DNA of 64,000 nt, taken from Tubulanus polymorphus. Taxonomy: Eukaryota > Animalia > Nemertea. The stretch lies in NCBI RefSeq assembly GCF_964204645.1, contig NC_134032.1:7862275-7926274 (forward strand), read 5' to 3'. The notes under the pieces were generated by a model, which saw only the letters and a program-made list of their open reading frames with translations, had not been told where the DNA came from and searched no databases. The translations under genes and the position numbers were made by a program. Positions 25,503 to 36,625 of this stretch are shown piece by piece (positions within the stretch are counted from its first letter, which is position 1; each line of letters begins with the position of its first letter).

Positions 25503-27036
25503 TTTGCTAATTGGTTTCAAACAACGGAAGTTTCTGGTAGATGGTTTTACTTACGGGTTTCGTTTAGGATCAGCTACTCAAAGACCATATACTTTGGACA
25601 TCCCAAAGAATCACAAAAGTTTTTTAGATTGTCCTTCCATAGCGAAGGAAAAAATTCTGCATGAATTTGACCTAGGCCGTATTGCCGGTCCTTTCACCAC
25701 ACCTGTTCATAAAAATTATGTATGTAGCCCAATGGGTATAATAGCAAAAAAAGAATCTGGAAAATTTAGACTCATTCACGATCTGTCCTTTCCAGAGGGG
25801 TCCTCAGTAAACGACTTTGTAGAGGACGATCATAAAAAAGTGTCATATGACAACATCGAATCCGTTATTTCACTAGTTCAATTATATGGGCGCGGGTGCC
25901 TTATGGCCAAAGCAGATATTCAAGACGCCTTTCGTTTAATACCCGTCCATCCAGACGATTATCATTTGTTGATGTTTACTTATAACAATATGTATTACTA
26001 TGACCGTTGCCTGCCGATGGGTTGCGCATCATCCTGTCAATTATTTGAAGTATTCAGTTCAGCAATACAATGGATTCTATTGAATAAGAAAGACGTTCAG
26101 CATATCTCCCACCTATTAGACGACTTTTTCTTTATCGGGAGGCCCATTTCTAATCAGTGTAACTTAGCTTTGCACTCATTTTTCGAAATTTGTACAGAAA
26201 CCGGGATTCCCGTAAAACACGATAAGACTGTTCATCCCGGTACATGTTTAATAATATATGGTATTGAAATAGATTCAGACGCTATGGAAGCGCGTCTGCC
26301 ATTAGATAAAGTGGAAAAAATTCGTGCCCAATTGTTGGACAATAAGTGCAAAAAGTCGGTGACGCTCAAGGAACTACAGTCACTGCTAGGCCTGCTCAAT
26401 TTCGCTTGCAGCGTAATCATACCCGGTAGGGCGTTTCTACGGTGCCTCTGCGATCTGACTTGTGGAATATCCCGGCCACATCACAGAATTAGGCTAAATA
26501 ACGAAGCGAGATCTGATTTAACCGCGTGGTGGTCTTTCGTAAACCATTTTAATGGTAAATCATGTTTCTTATATTCATCGTGGACACCGTCTGACGCTAT
26601 TCGTTTGTATAGTGATGCTGCGGGATCGAAAGGTTTTGCAGCTGTTTTCGGTTCTCGTTGGTTCTCGGGTGGCTGGCAACATGATATGCTTGACCACCAC
26701 ATCACGATAAAAGAGTTCTTTCCCATAGTATTAGCGTTAGAAATATGGGGCGGTAACCTAAGAAACCATAAAATACTTTTTATGACCGACAACGCAGCTG
26801 TCGCACATATCATTAACAAAATGACCTCTACTGATAAGGTCATTATGCGTCTGGTCAGACGTTTGGTGCTGGCAGCAATGAAATATAATGTATTTATTCG
26901 GAGCGAGCATATTGCAGGGTACACTAATGTGATCAGTGACAAGTTGTCCCGTTTCTGTTTTCAGGAGGCCAGGCAGTATGCACCGTGGCTGAACAGACTG
27001 CCAACTCCTATACCACCGGCCAGCTACAGAATATAG
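25312..27036 (+). CDS. Ngaro reverse transcriptase-RNase H
   Basis: Open 574-aa frame overlapping gag; GKFRLIHDLS, KADIQDAFR, LPMGCASS, HLLDDFF; RNase H SDAAG, IKEFFPI, TDN, SDKLSR. Confidence 0.92.
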   Translation: MRSPTDRQSVFRSVSAGNSARLEPASISSVEESMNAPIAVKNMQPTHALPKIIPTPIKPHNLDNLLIGFKQRKFLVDGFTYGFRLGSATQRPYTLDIPKNHKSFLDCPSIAKEKILHEFDLGRIAGPFTTPVHKNYVCSPMGIIAKKESGKFRLIHDLSFPEGSSVNDFVEDDHKKVSYDNIESVISLVQLYGRGCLMAKADIQDAFRLIPVHPDDYHLLMFTYNNMYYYDRCLPMGCASSCQLFEVFSSAIQWILLNKKDVQHISHLLDDFFFIGRPISNQCNLALHSFFEICTETGIPVKHDKTVHPGTCLIIYGIEIDSDAMEARLPLDKVEKIRAQLLDNKCKKSVTLKELQSLLGLLNFACSVIIPGRAFLRCLCDLTCGISRPHHRIRLNNEARSDLTAWWSFVNHFNGKSCFLYSSWTPSDAIRLYSDAAGSKGFAAVFGSRWFSGGWQHDMLDHHITIKEFFPIVLALEIWGGNLRNHKILFMTDNAAVAHIINKMTSTDKVIMRLVRRLVLAAMKYNVFIRSEHIAGYTNVISDKLSRFCFQEARQYAPWLNRLPTPIPPASYRI

Positions 27037-27956
27037 TGCAATTTCTTTTCACCAGGTCCGTCGCTCCTTCCACCAGGGCTGCATATCGTCGCGCGGTTGA
27101 GCATTTTCAGAAATTTTTGGTGAACGTCGGCCACCAGGAGCCCTTCTTTCCCTCTTCTGAAGATACTATATCGAAATATATAGCGCATCGGTTTCTGTCA
27201 GGTTAGAGCAGTCCCTCTATTTTTTCATACATTTCAGCAATTAGCTTTTACCATAAATCAGCTCGCCTACCTGACCCCACTGCATCTTTCTTTATAAGAA
27301 AAATCCTAAAAGGCGTCGCAAATTCCATCCCGAGCAGCCCTGACGCCCGTTTACCCATTACAATAGATATTTTGACTCGGTTGGTTGCCGCGATACCCGT
27401 CGTAATGGGCGAGGGCTTCGACGGTATTTTGCTCAAGTCTATGTTCGTCTTGTGTTTTCATGCATTTTTGCGGGTCGGCGAGATATCGGTTAAGTCTAGT
27501 GGCCATGCGACTAAGGTATTACAAAAACATCAGGTCACCTTGTTCCATGGTCCTAATTTAACGCCGATGTTACGCGTCTGTATCACGGACTACAAGCATA
27601 GTGATTTGATACCAAAACCATTGCTGTTGCCAAAGCATTCAAACCCATCCGTTTGTCCGGTCACAATTATATCTCATTACCTCCATGTGAGCAAGCATAC
27701 GTCCGGTCCATTTTTTCAATTTCGAGATGGTGCAGCTGTATCGTATGTTTTTTTTGCAAAATCGCTAATAAAGTTGATATCATTTCTCGGCCTGCCAGTG
27801 GCCAGCTATACATCGCATAGCTTTCGGATTGGCGCCGCAACCAATGCCGCAACGAACGGGGTCCCCGAGCCAGTCATTCGAGAGTTAGGACGATGGAAGT
27901 CAGACGCTTTCAAACGATACATTAGAATCAATCCGGCCGGGACGGGACGACACTAA
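26985..27956 (+). pseudogene. Ngaro tyrosine recombinase with one in-frame TAG (27204-27206)
   Basis: STRAAY, RLPIT, FHAFLRVGE (R), HSFRIGAAT (HxxR), LGRWKSDAFKRY (W, Y); both ORF pieces share one frame. Confidence 0.9.
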
Positions 27957-30335
27957 TGACGCATTGACGCAATTTTAGATGCTAAAACTTTAATTTTGAG
28001 GGCCAGATTTTGTCTGCCTCACGTCGTTACCTTGTTTTTGTATTAAATAATGATTTTCCAAAGTAATTTGATAGCTTTGAGGAGGCCCAGACGTTAGTCT
28101 GCCTCCCTGTGCACGTATGTACTTAACTACGTATGTACACTTATATGTACATAACCCTTGTATATGTTAGTTTATATCTTATATATGACATCTTGTGCTT
28201 TAAATTTTAACGAATGATATTAGTTTCAATTTGAATTCATACGTTTTTTGGAGAGCCAGAATATTTCCCTGCCTACACGGGTTATTCAAAATCGTATCGT
28301 AACGTCTTACTCAAATACGGTTCATAATATTTGCTTGATCATAATGTTTGGTTGAGGGCCAGATGTTGTCTGCTTCACCATCCAATACTAAAACTCAATT
28401 ACACACGTATCATTCGTAAGAGGGCCAGATGTTGTCTGCCTCGTATGTCTATGTTACAGACTCACCCCTCTCTTGATATATGGAAACGACCTCGGTTTGG
28501 CCTGGATGTTTGTTTCAAACATCTTGTGGCGATTTTTTGGCCAAACTTTTCGCAAAATATATACATGTATGTTTCAATTTGCAACAATTTTGTAATAAAC
28601 TTAGTTTCACCAGTCATTTATACTAATAAATGACCTTTATCAATCAACTACATGTCTTGTTTATTTTGCTTCAAACAAAGCTCGTTGTTTTCCATTTCTC
28701 ACGGAGCGTGGATATCATAAATGAGTTTTATTTTTGTAGAGAATAAAATGTTTTGTGAGATCACGCGGAGTCACGTGTTACTTATCAGTTGTTAGTTACT
28801 CCTTGCCTCCGCCCCTCCTGACATCGTGGCTAAGCATTTCTTCGGAGAAACACGAGTAGGATACTTCGTTATTTTCACTGACTTCAATTCAATATCCCAC
28901 CCTTAATTCCCTCCCCTTTTCTTATGTGAAAATTTGTATACATTCGTATTGGGTGTATTTATTGTTGAATGTTGTCACATCATATGATTAATTATTTGGC
29001 GATTTTTTGGCCAAACTTTTCGCAAAATATATACATGTATGTTTCAATTTGCAACAATTTTGTAATAAACTTAGTTTCACCAGTCATTTATACTAATAAA
29101 TGACCTTTATCAATCAACTACATGTCTTGTTTATTTTGCTTCAAACAAAGCTCGTTGTTTTCCATTTCTCACGGAGCGTGGATATCATAAATGATATCCA
29201 GGGAGAAACACACTAGCTAATAGGATGTTATGGTTAGCGGTATAAGTCCCCTCGGTAAAAATCGCCATTTCTTCAAAGTAGGTGAAAATCCCCCTCCTGA
29301 ATGTAGTGTAAGTAGATACAATCTTAAGGTCAATTAATTCGTATAATTGATACATATAATAAATCCTCTCTGTCGCGTCTTTCCGTAATGGCACCTGCTA
29401 AAATCCAGACCTCATGTCAAGCTTCGAGAAAACCTGGGCACCGTGTAAACGCGAAAGAATATCATCGAGCTTTTTCATCGGATACGCATCCGATTTAGTT
29501 TTGACATTCAACTTTCGATAATCCACGCACATACGGAAGTTTCCGTTCGGTTTCGGCACCCATGGCGATTTCGACTCTTCTATCACGCCGTTGCGCAACA
29601 TTTCCGGAATTTGTTCCTCAGCGGCCTGACGTTTCGCAGGAGACAGATTGTACGGTTTCTGTCTAACTGGGGTGGTGTCATCTAAAACAATCTCGTGTTG
29701 TAAAACGCTCGTTCTACCCGGAGTATCACTTATAACGTCCGAAAATTCGCTCAAAATCGCTTCAACGGCCTCGCGGCGTTGAGCACTGCTGAACGGTTCA
29801 GCAACGCGCGAATCGACGACAGGTGGTTTATCGAACTCGACTTGTTGAGGACGACGGATCTCGGTGCCCAACAACGGCCATTTAACCACAGGATGTGATG
29901 TTGAGATCCAGTAATCTCCCGCAGCGAAATACACAATATACGGCTCTGTAGATGAAGTCTCGACCAATCAAAACCGGAGTCGACATCGACTCCACGACGA
30001 CACATTCCACACTCAGCGACAAGCCACAGCAGCCAATGTCTAGCATGACGATACCCGATGGCGAGAAGGTGGAACCTTCAAACCATTGCAGAATGGTCTC
30101 ATTACGTTTTACTGGCTGGACGCCACACAATTCGTCGGTTACTAACGTTACCGAAGCGACCGAATCGACCGATTAACGGCCGTGGATCGGAAAACGACCT
30201 GTCTGGAACAAACTCAGGTGCGTTCGCCCTTAACGACGACGGGCGATACCCCTGACGGTTACGAATTTCACCTCCTTACGACGTTTGTGCCCTAATTCAC
30301 CGCAATGGTAGCATATTCCCTATCACTTAACGAAA

Positions 30336-30414
30336 AGTAATGAAATTGAAAGAGACTTTGTGAACCGAAAAAGTTTTCATTCGATAAATGCGCAGGGTGT
30401 GTGTAATGCCGATG
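30336..30414 (+). pseudogene. Displaced PIF/Harbinger transposase segment
   Basis: SNEIERDFVNRKSFHSINAQGVCNADG followed by gtaag donor. Confidence 0.75.
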
Positions 30415-30501
30415 GTAAGTTCAAGGCCGGAAATTAACACGATACTGTCCGATTTGGCAATGTTCTGCGCGTATAGTGCCTTTTTTTCTTTTCAATGCGG
30501 T

Positions 30502-30852
30502 GTACCATCCAAGTAATTTGTCAGAAACAAATGCAAACCCCTCTCTTATAGAGATTCTCACTGGTGAGAATAAAAAAATTTAACTTGCCAGTACGGTGCC
30601 GGCCCTTGATCCTTGTTTGTGATGTATCATTATTCCCATAAAAACATAAAAAGTTCCCTGCCTCTATCCATCATTGCACGCAGGACCGTTTACAGAGTCG
30701 AAATGAAGCAATCTAGCGTAGGTCCTGGGCCAAATGCTCATGGATATATATATCAATATTTTGATTATCAGAGGGAGGGAGGGAGGGAGGGAGAGAGGGA
30801 GGGAGAGAGGAGGAGAGGGAGGGAGGGAGGGAGGGAGGGAGGGAGGGAGGGA
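30502..30852 (+). repeat. ~270-bp segment plus (GGGA)n, direct copy of 37747-38382
   Basis: Near-identical from gtaccatc(c/t)aagtaatttgtc to the GGGA tract. Confidence 0.9.
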
Positions 30853-33473
30853 GCACGGATCGTTGTACGCACCGTTTCTCCCAGCTACCCTCGACGATCT
30901 CAATCTTTTGACTGTCTTTGCTCGAACTTCGTCTCGAACTTTTTCCCGTCGACCTCTTTCTCTTCGCGATGTAATTTCTTTTGAGTCGCGTAATCATCAG
31001 CGAACATAGCGAGTTCCAGCGCACTCAGTTCATCTGTGAAAGTTTCATCCGAAAAGTGTCGCCTCGAAGATTGGACAAAAACTGGTCGGAAACGAGTCTA
31101 TCCAGAATTCTAACATATTCCGAATTTCCCAGTAGCGAATCCGACGGCTTCAAACAGTATCTGGCATATTCTTCCAGTCGCGCGACGAAATCCACGAACG
31201 TTTCGGTGTGATTTTTCGTTTCCCTACGGAACTTCAGACGATACGCGGATGGTGTCAATCTGTATCTGACAAATATCGCATCTTTTACCGTTTTGCACAC
31301 CTTTGTATCGCCATCACTTAACGAAAAGTACGCCTGCTGCACCGGACCGGTCAGATACGGTTCTAACACACTCGTTAAATCGCTGGATGGAATTCCGTAC
31401 CTATTCGCTAAATTTTCAAAAACACGGAACCAGTGATGTATGTCATCATTCTCGGACAGTTTAGTCATTTCATTAATTTTAGCAGGAGAATCTCGAGGTC
31501 GGCTCCGACTATCCGAAATCAGTTTCTGTACAGTGTCCAAAAAGCTTCGTTATCCTCGCGACGAGTAACGGAAAAATGTTCCAGCAATCCTTTAAAACTC
31601 TTTTCAGTGTCGAGAAGAGGTGATGACGGTGTAACTGGAGGGGTGTATGGAGAAACGGGTGATTTTTACCACGACAAATTGACAATCAGTGGCGAAAAAA
31701 GCTAATTTTTGGAAAAAGTAAACGATTTTTTAAAAGCTACCCATATTTATTTTATATCATCGCTTCGCAAATTTTTCAAATAAAATGATGGTAACGACAA
31801 AATTCTGATTTTACTTATGATATTTTAATGATAACCGTTAGAAGATGTTAGGCTTCAGGACCCGGTTCCACAGTTGTTGATTAACTTTTAACTCAGAGTT
31901 AAATTCCCTAACTCAGAGGTAAAAGTAACTCACAGTTAAGTCCGGTTCCACAGTTGTGTGTTAAATTTAACTCTAGAGTCAAATTCCTTAACTCAGGGTG
32001 AAATTCTAACTCTGGGTCAGACCTGAATTAAAATGCTTAACTCAGAGTTTAAAATGGCGGCATTCTACTTATTAGCGAGTAGAGAAGCCAAGAATAAAGA
32101 ATATCGAAGGATTACAAATCAACTGGAAATCACGGATGTTGAATGCTATAATAGATATCGCTTTACAAGAGCGGGTGTGCAGAGAATCGTTGAAATATGT
32201 AAGTAATAGGGGTTTAGTTGTTCTATACCAAAGGTCGAACGGTCGAGCTCGTAAAAAATGAAAAACATAAAAATAATAACAATTTCTACTTGAATTACTC
32301 GCGAAACTTATAAAAAATGAAAAATAATTCTCACACACTCGAATTTATTTTTCATTTTTACTCGCTAGAAAAAGTGTGAGTAAAGTGTGAGTGAAATAAA
32401 TTCGAGCGTGTGAGAGTAATTTTTCATTTTTTATGAGTTTCACTCCTAATTCAAGTAGAAATTGTTATTATTTTCATATTTTTCATTTTTTAATGAACAC
32501 GACCATTCAACTTTAACCTGAAAGCCCATTACCCCTATTACTCTTAAAATATTCATATACATGAATAAAATATATATGAATAACATATAAATTGATAGAT
32601 TATTCAATATAAAAGTGTGAGTGAAATAATTCATATTTAAAACATTGAATATTTATATTTGAATGAGTTTTAATAAAAGTTTTGTTATAAAAATGAAGAA
32701 AGAAGAAGAAGAACCCAACTTTAAAATCGAAATCAATGAAACCAATAAATCATTTTCACAGTCTTAAATTAAAAATTATATTTCAGCAACAAATTTAGTG
32801 TCCGCAAGGTATTATAAAATCGATAATATTACTATGATTAATCAAATATTATCAAATGAAACATATTTAATTATTGAACTAGTAGATACTTTTGATAATG
32901 GCGTTAAAAATCCTAAATTGTTCAATACAGTTTTTAATTTTAAAGGAACTTTAGATGAAAACATAATTAATATTATATTATATGAATAAAAAAACAATAA
33001 GTTAAATAAGTTAGTATTAGATAAAGTAACTTATTGTTTTTTTATTTAAATCTATTTGATTTTTATTCGCGCTATTGGTTAACAAGAATTGACTAGAATT
33101 CAAATAGATTTAACAAGAAATTCAATAACTTTAACTGTTAGTATCACTCGTGTATTATTTCATTGTTTCTCTTATTGAATAAGCCAACTAACTAATATCA
33201 CTCTTGTATTATCCTAGTCAAATGTAAAGAATTTACAATATCATACTTGAATGAATTAAAACATAAATTACTTCTTTTACTTCATTTTCAGAAATAAAGC
33301 ATAATATGTATTTGATACCATTAATACGTATTAAATACCATTAATACGTATTTGATACGTATTTAATACATATTTAATACATTGATACCTCAACCCTCCT
33401 TTTTTAACGTAAATATAATTTACTTATTTTCATACATTTCAACTAATATATTTTATATTTTCAGCGATTTCTT

Positions 33474-33774
33474 ATTTTGAATCATATAATTTTTCATCAA
33501 GTTCATGAATATATTTATGAGTTTTTAAACTCTTTAAATTTTTATATCTTTTATTGCATATTTCACAGCATTTAATATTATTCAATCTATCTGAAATATA
33601 ATTCATATTTTCTATTTATTCAGTGTATCTAATTTTACAGCAATCATAGAATTCTAACAACTTTTTTATACTATAAATTGAAAAAGAAAATAAACCTGTA
33701 AGCATAATAATTGATTTAATATTCTGTTGATTTTTATATATTAGATGTAATAAGTTTAATATATTTTCACTCAT
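33474..33774 (-). pseudogene. Small hydrophobic plus C2H2 zinc-finger ORF with internal TAA
   Basis: MSENILNLLHLIY...IRYTE*IENMNY...CEICNKRYKNLKSLKTHKYIH; homolog at 43528-43830 (+). Confidence 0.5.
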
Positions 33775-33794
33775 TTATTTATTTAATTAATTCA

Positions 33795-33992
33795 CTAATC
33801 TGATTCAATAACTTTTTTATGATTATTTTTATTTCCATTTAATTTTTTCAATTTCTTGCTCAATTTTATATTTTCATTCATCAAATCCATACTAATATTC
33901 TCATAGTATAAATGAAGCGCAGCCAATATTAATCCTCCTGCTACAAGATAATGTTTCAAATCACTTTTCCCAGTTGGGATGAAACCATCCAT
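33795..33992 (-). CDS. 65-aa single-pass membrane-like protein with basic tail
   Basis: Hydrophobic YLVAGGLILAALHLYY then K/N-rich tail; TAAATG start context. Confidence 0.45.
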   Translation of the reverse strand: MDGFIPTGKSDLKHYLVAGGLILAALHLYYENISMDLMNENIKLSKKLKKLNGNKNNHKKVIESD

Positions 33993-34049
33993 TTATTTAA
34001 GAAAGAAATTAAACAGTTTATAAAATATTAAATATTTATATGTTTCAAT

Positions 34050-36324
34050 TCAAATAACAATTAAACTTACTACTAATTCTTTATGCCGCTGAGAATTATA
34101 TTTTTGCTTGTGCGTAATCAATTTTATCACCTGATATTCTGTTATATTATTCTTAATTATTTCTTTATCGAAAAATTCATTTGATATGTAAATATTTTCA
34201 TCATTATGAATTAAAATTAGATGGCGCAATTTATTTCTAAAATATCTAGGATTAATGAAATCAATATTATATTCAGAATTATCTTTCAATAGTTCTAAAC
34301 GCTCGCATTGCTTAATTTTCATCATATTGTTAAGTTTCATTTTTCTTAAATAATCAGATTCTTTACGTATATCACATACATTTATGAAATCATTAGAATT
34401 TATCTTTAAATATTCAGTATATTTTTTCATCAATTCAAAATCCATTTTATCAATTATTTCAAAATGATCGTGTGTTATCTTCTTTACTTGGAAAATAGGT
34501 TTTTCTAATTTTGATAAAATAAAGTGTCTATCAGGGCTATGAACGCCTATTTTTAACTTTTTGATGATTTTTTCTATCGAAGACAATTCAAAATAATTAT
34601 TATTTAATACGTCTAATTGTAATGTTTTTATCAATAATTCTCTTAAACCTGTAGTAGTTTCATAAAAGCCTTGATCTGTTAAAATATAACTGAAATAAAG
34701 ATCTGTTATACATTTACATTGAGTTGAAAAACCTCTAATTTCAAAAATTGTATTATTGTCAATTCCAGATATTTTAGGAGTATAATCATTTAATTTCACT
34801 TCAGGAATTATTTCAAGTTTTTTAAATTCTGTCTCAAATAATTCATTATCAATATCTAATTGTTGCTTTAATTCATTACAAATTTTGTTTCTATTTTCAT
34901 CTATATCTTCTTGTAATTGTTTAAGTTCTTTCATCTCTTCTAACTTTTTAAATTCACTTTTAGATAATAATTTTAAATCAAAATCTTCTTCAATATCAAG
35001 TGCATCTAATTTATAAAAAGGTTTAGATTTTATATTGTATCTCTTTTTTAAAGTTGTAAAACTAATTCCTGTTTCACGTAATTTAAATCTAAATATAAAT
35101 TTATTCAATACTGTAAACATTGAATTAGTTGAAGATATAACAGTTGCTCCTTCAGTTTTAATATATTTTTTTGCTTCAATAATGAATTCTGATTTATCAT
35201 CATTTTGATCAATTGTTAGGTATAAACATGGGATATTCTTAATTGTAAACATTGATAAAATAAGTAAAAAGGAGGACTCTTCAATATTTTTACTTATCCT
35301 AGATTTATATCCTATAAATTTCCTTGCTAATAAATCACCATAATAACAGAAATAAAAGCATTTTTCAATCAAATCATAAATACATACAGTCTGTTGAACC
35401 TCATCAAATAATGATTTAAGTTGTAAATATGTAGGTGAATAGTAAATATTTTCTTTTTTTAAGTATTGTTTTATTTTTTCCATCACTTTTAATCCTCTTT
35501 TAAATGAAATACTTGTTATTTCAATTCTAATCAATCCTGTTTCAATTGATTTTTCAAATGATTCTTTTATTTTTCTAGCAATTTATGTAACTCATTAAAT
35601 TTGAACCGAAATTTATATTTACACCAGGAGATTTGAATTGACATGCTGTTTTATTATAGATCTTTATTTTATCATCCTTATGTAATGCTGAAACACAACT
35701 ATTGGAAAATTCTTTTAGAACTTTATATTTTATATTTTCGAACATTGATTTTATTTCATCTGAATTAAATGATCCTTTAAAATCTTGTGTCACATCTACA
35801 TCTAATATATTGTAATTTTTTTCATTTAATAATTTTTCAATATTATCTATTTTCTGTATTAATTCATTTAAATTTTGATTGCATAATGAAATTTTAAATA
35901 CAGCAATATAATCTGTTAATTTTAATTCTTGATTAATTCTACTTAATATATATGATTTTGAATTATCATCATGAATTGTTAAAACACGTGTAATTTTTAT
36001 AGCTAAGTTATCCAATATAATATCTCCTTGATTAAAACATTCTTTAATTTCATAATGTGTTATCTTTCTCTGATTAACGTTTAGAAAAGTTGTTCTATTT
36101 TCTTTAATAATTTCTTTTTCTAACATGATTTTATATAGCATTATATTATCGCAAAATATATCTGATGTTTCAATTAATTCATTATTTTCAGATTTATAAT
36201 ACTTATTTATATTTACTCCTGAAATATCTGCTAAATTATTGTTAACAGTTAAATAATATAATATTGAATTTATATATTTATTACTCATGTCTTTCGCGGG
36301 AACTTTAATTAATCTTGTGCACAT
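34050..36324 (-). pseudogene. Main protein of AT-rich element (~760 aa when the 249- and 494-aa ORFs are joined across a frameshift near 35575); candidate Rep_trans-like nickase
   Basis: DVDVTQD (~35782-35802), KIKIYNK (~35650-35670), GLIRIEIT (~35514-35537); the downstream frame is already open upstream of its annotated start (ARKIKESFEKSIETGLIRIE). Confidence 0.5.
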
Positions 36325-36394
36325 TTATATATCAAATTTTTATTAAAATAGGTTAAAATTCAAAAAGAGTTAGAGTTCGCTGAAACCTTACGCT

Positions 36395-36622
36395 TTAAAA
36401 TATTTTTTTACCCTTATTGGATTTATGTGATTTTAAATATTTACCTCCGCAATAACAATGCACTTTTTCATTAGGATTGAATTTTCTAAATTCATCATCT
36501 AAATTACATTGAACTGCAATATCTTTATATGATTTTTCATTATCTAATTCACATTGAATTCCAATATTTGATGAATTTTCATTGTAGATAATTTGTTTAT
36601 TATCAAAATTGAAATAATACAA
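36395..36622 (-). CDS. 75-aa hypothetical protein, partial zinc finger (HCYCGGKY) and two GIQC/AVQC motifs
   Basis: ORF track; tightly packed with neighbours. Confidence 0.4.
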   Translation of the reverse strand: MYYFNFDNKQIIYNENSSNIGIQCELDNEKSYKDIAVQCNLDDEFRKFNPNEKVHCYCGGKYLKSHKSNKGKKIF

Positions 36623-36625
36623 TTG

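Larger units (their letters stand above)
21460..29194 (+). mobile_element. Ngaro-type (DIRS order) tyrosine-recombinase retrotransposon with split direct repeats
   Basis: A1 21460-21637, B1 28527-28724, A2 28718-28895, B2 28997-29194 (A1-ORFs-B1-A2-B2); gag-like, RT-RNaseH, YR and SGNH ORFs. Confidence 0.93.
29398..31620 (-). mobile_element. Degenerate Gypsy/Ty3 LTR retrotransposon fragment (gag-knuckle-protease-RT start), interrupted at ~30322-30852
   Basis: gag 31025-31540 (DDIHHWFRVFE, RYRLTPSAYRLKFR), CYHCGELGH knuckle ~30290-30313, RT start (PVRQKPY, RMCVDYRKLN, FSKLDMRSGF). Confidence 0.85.
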
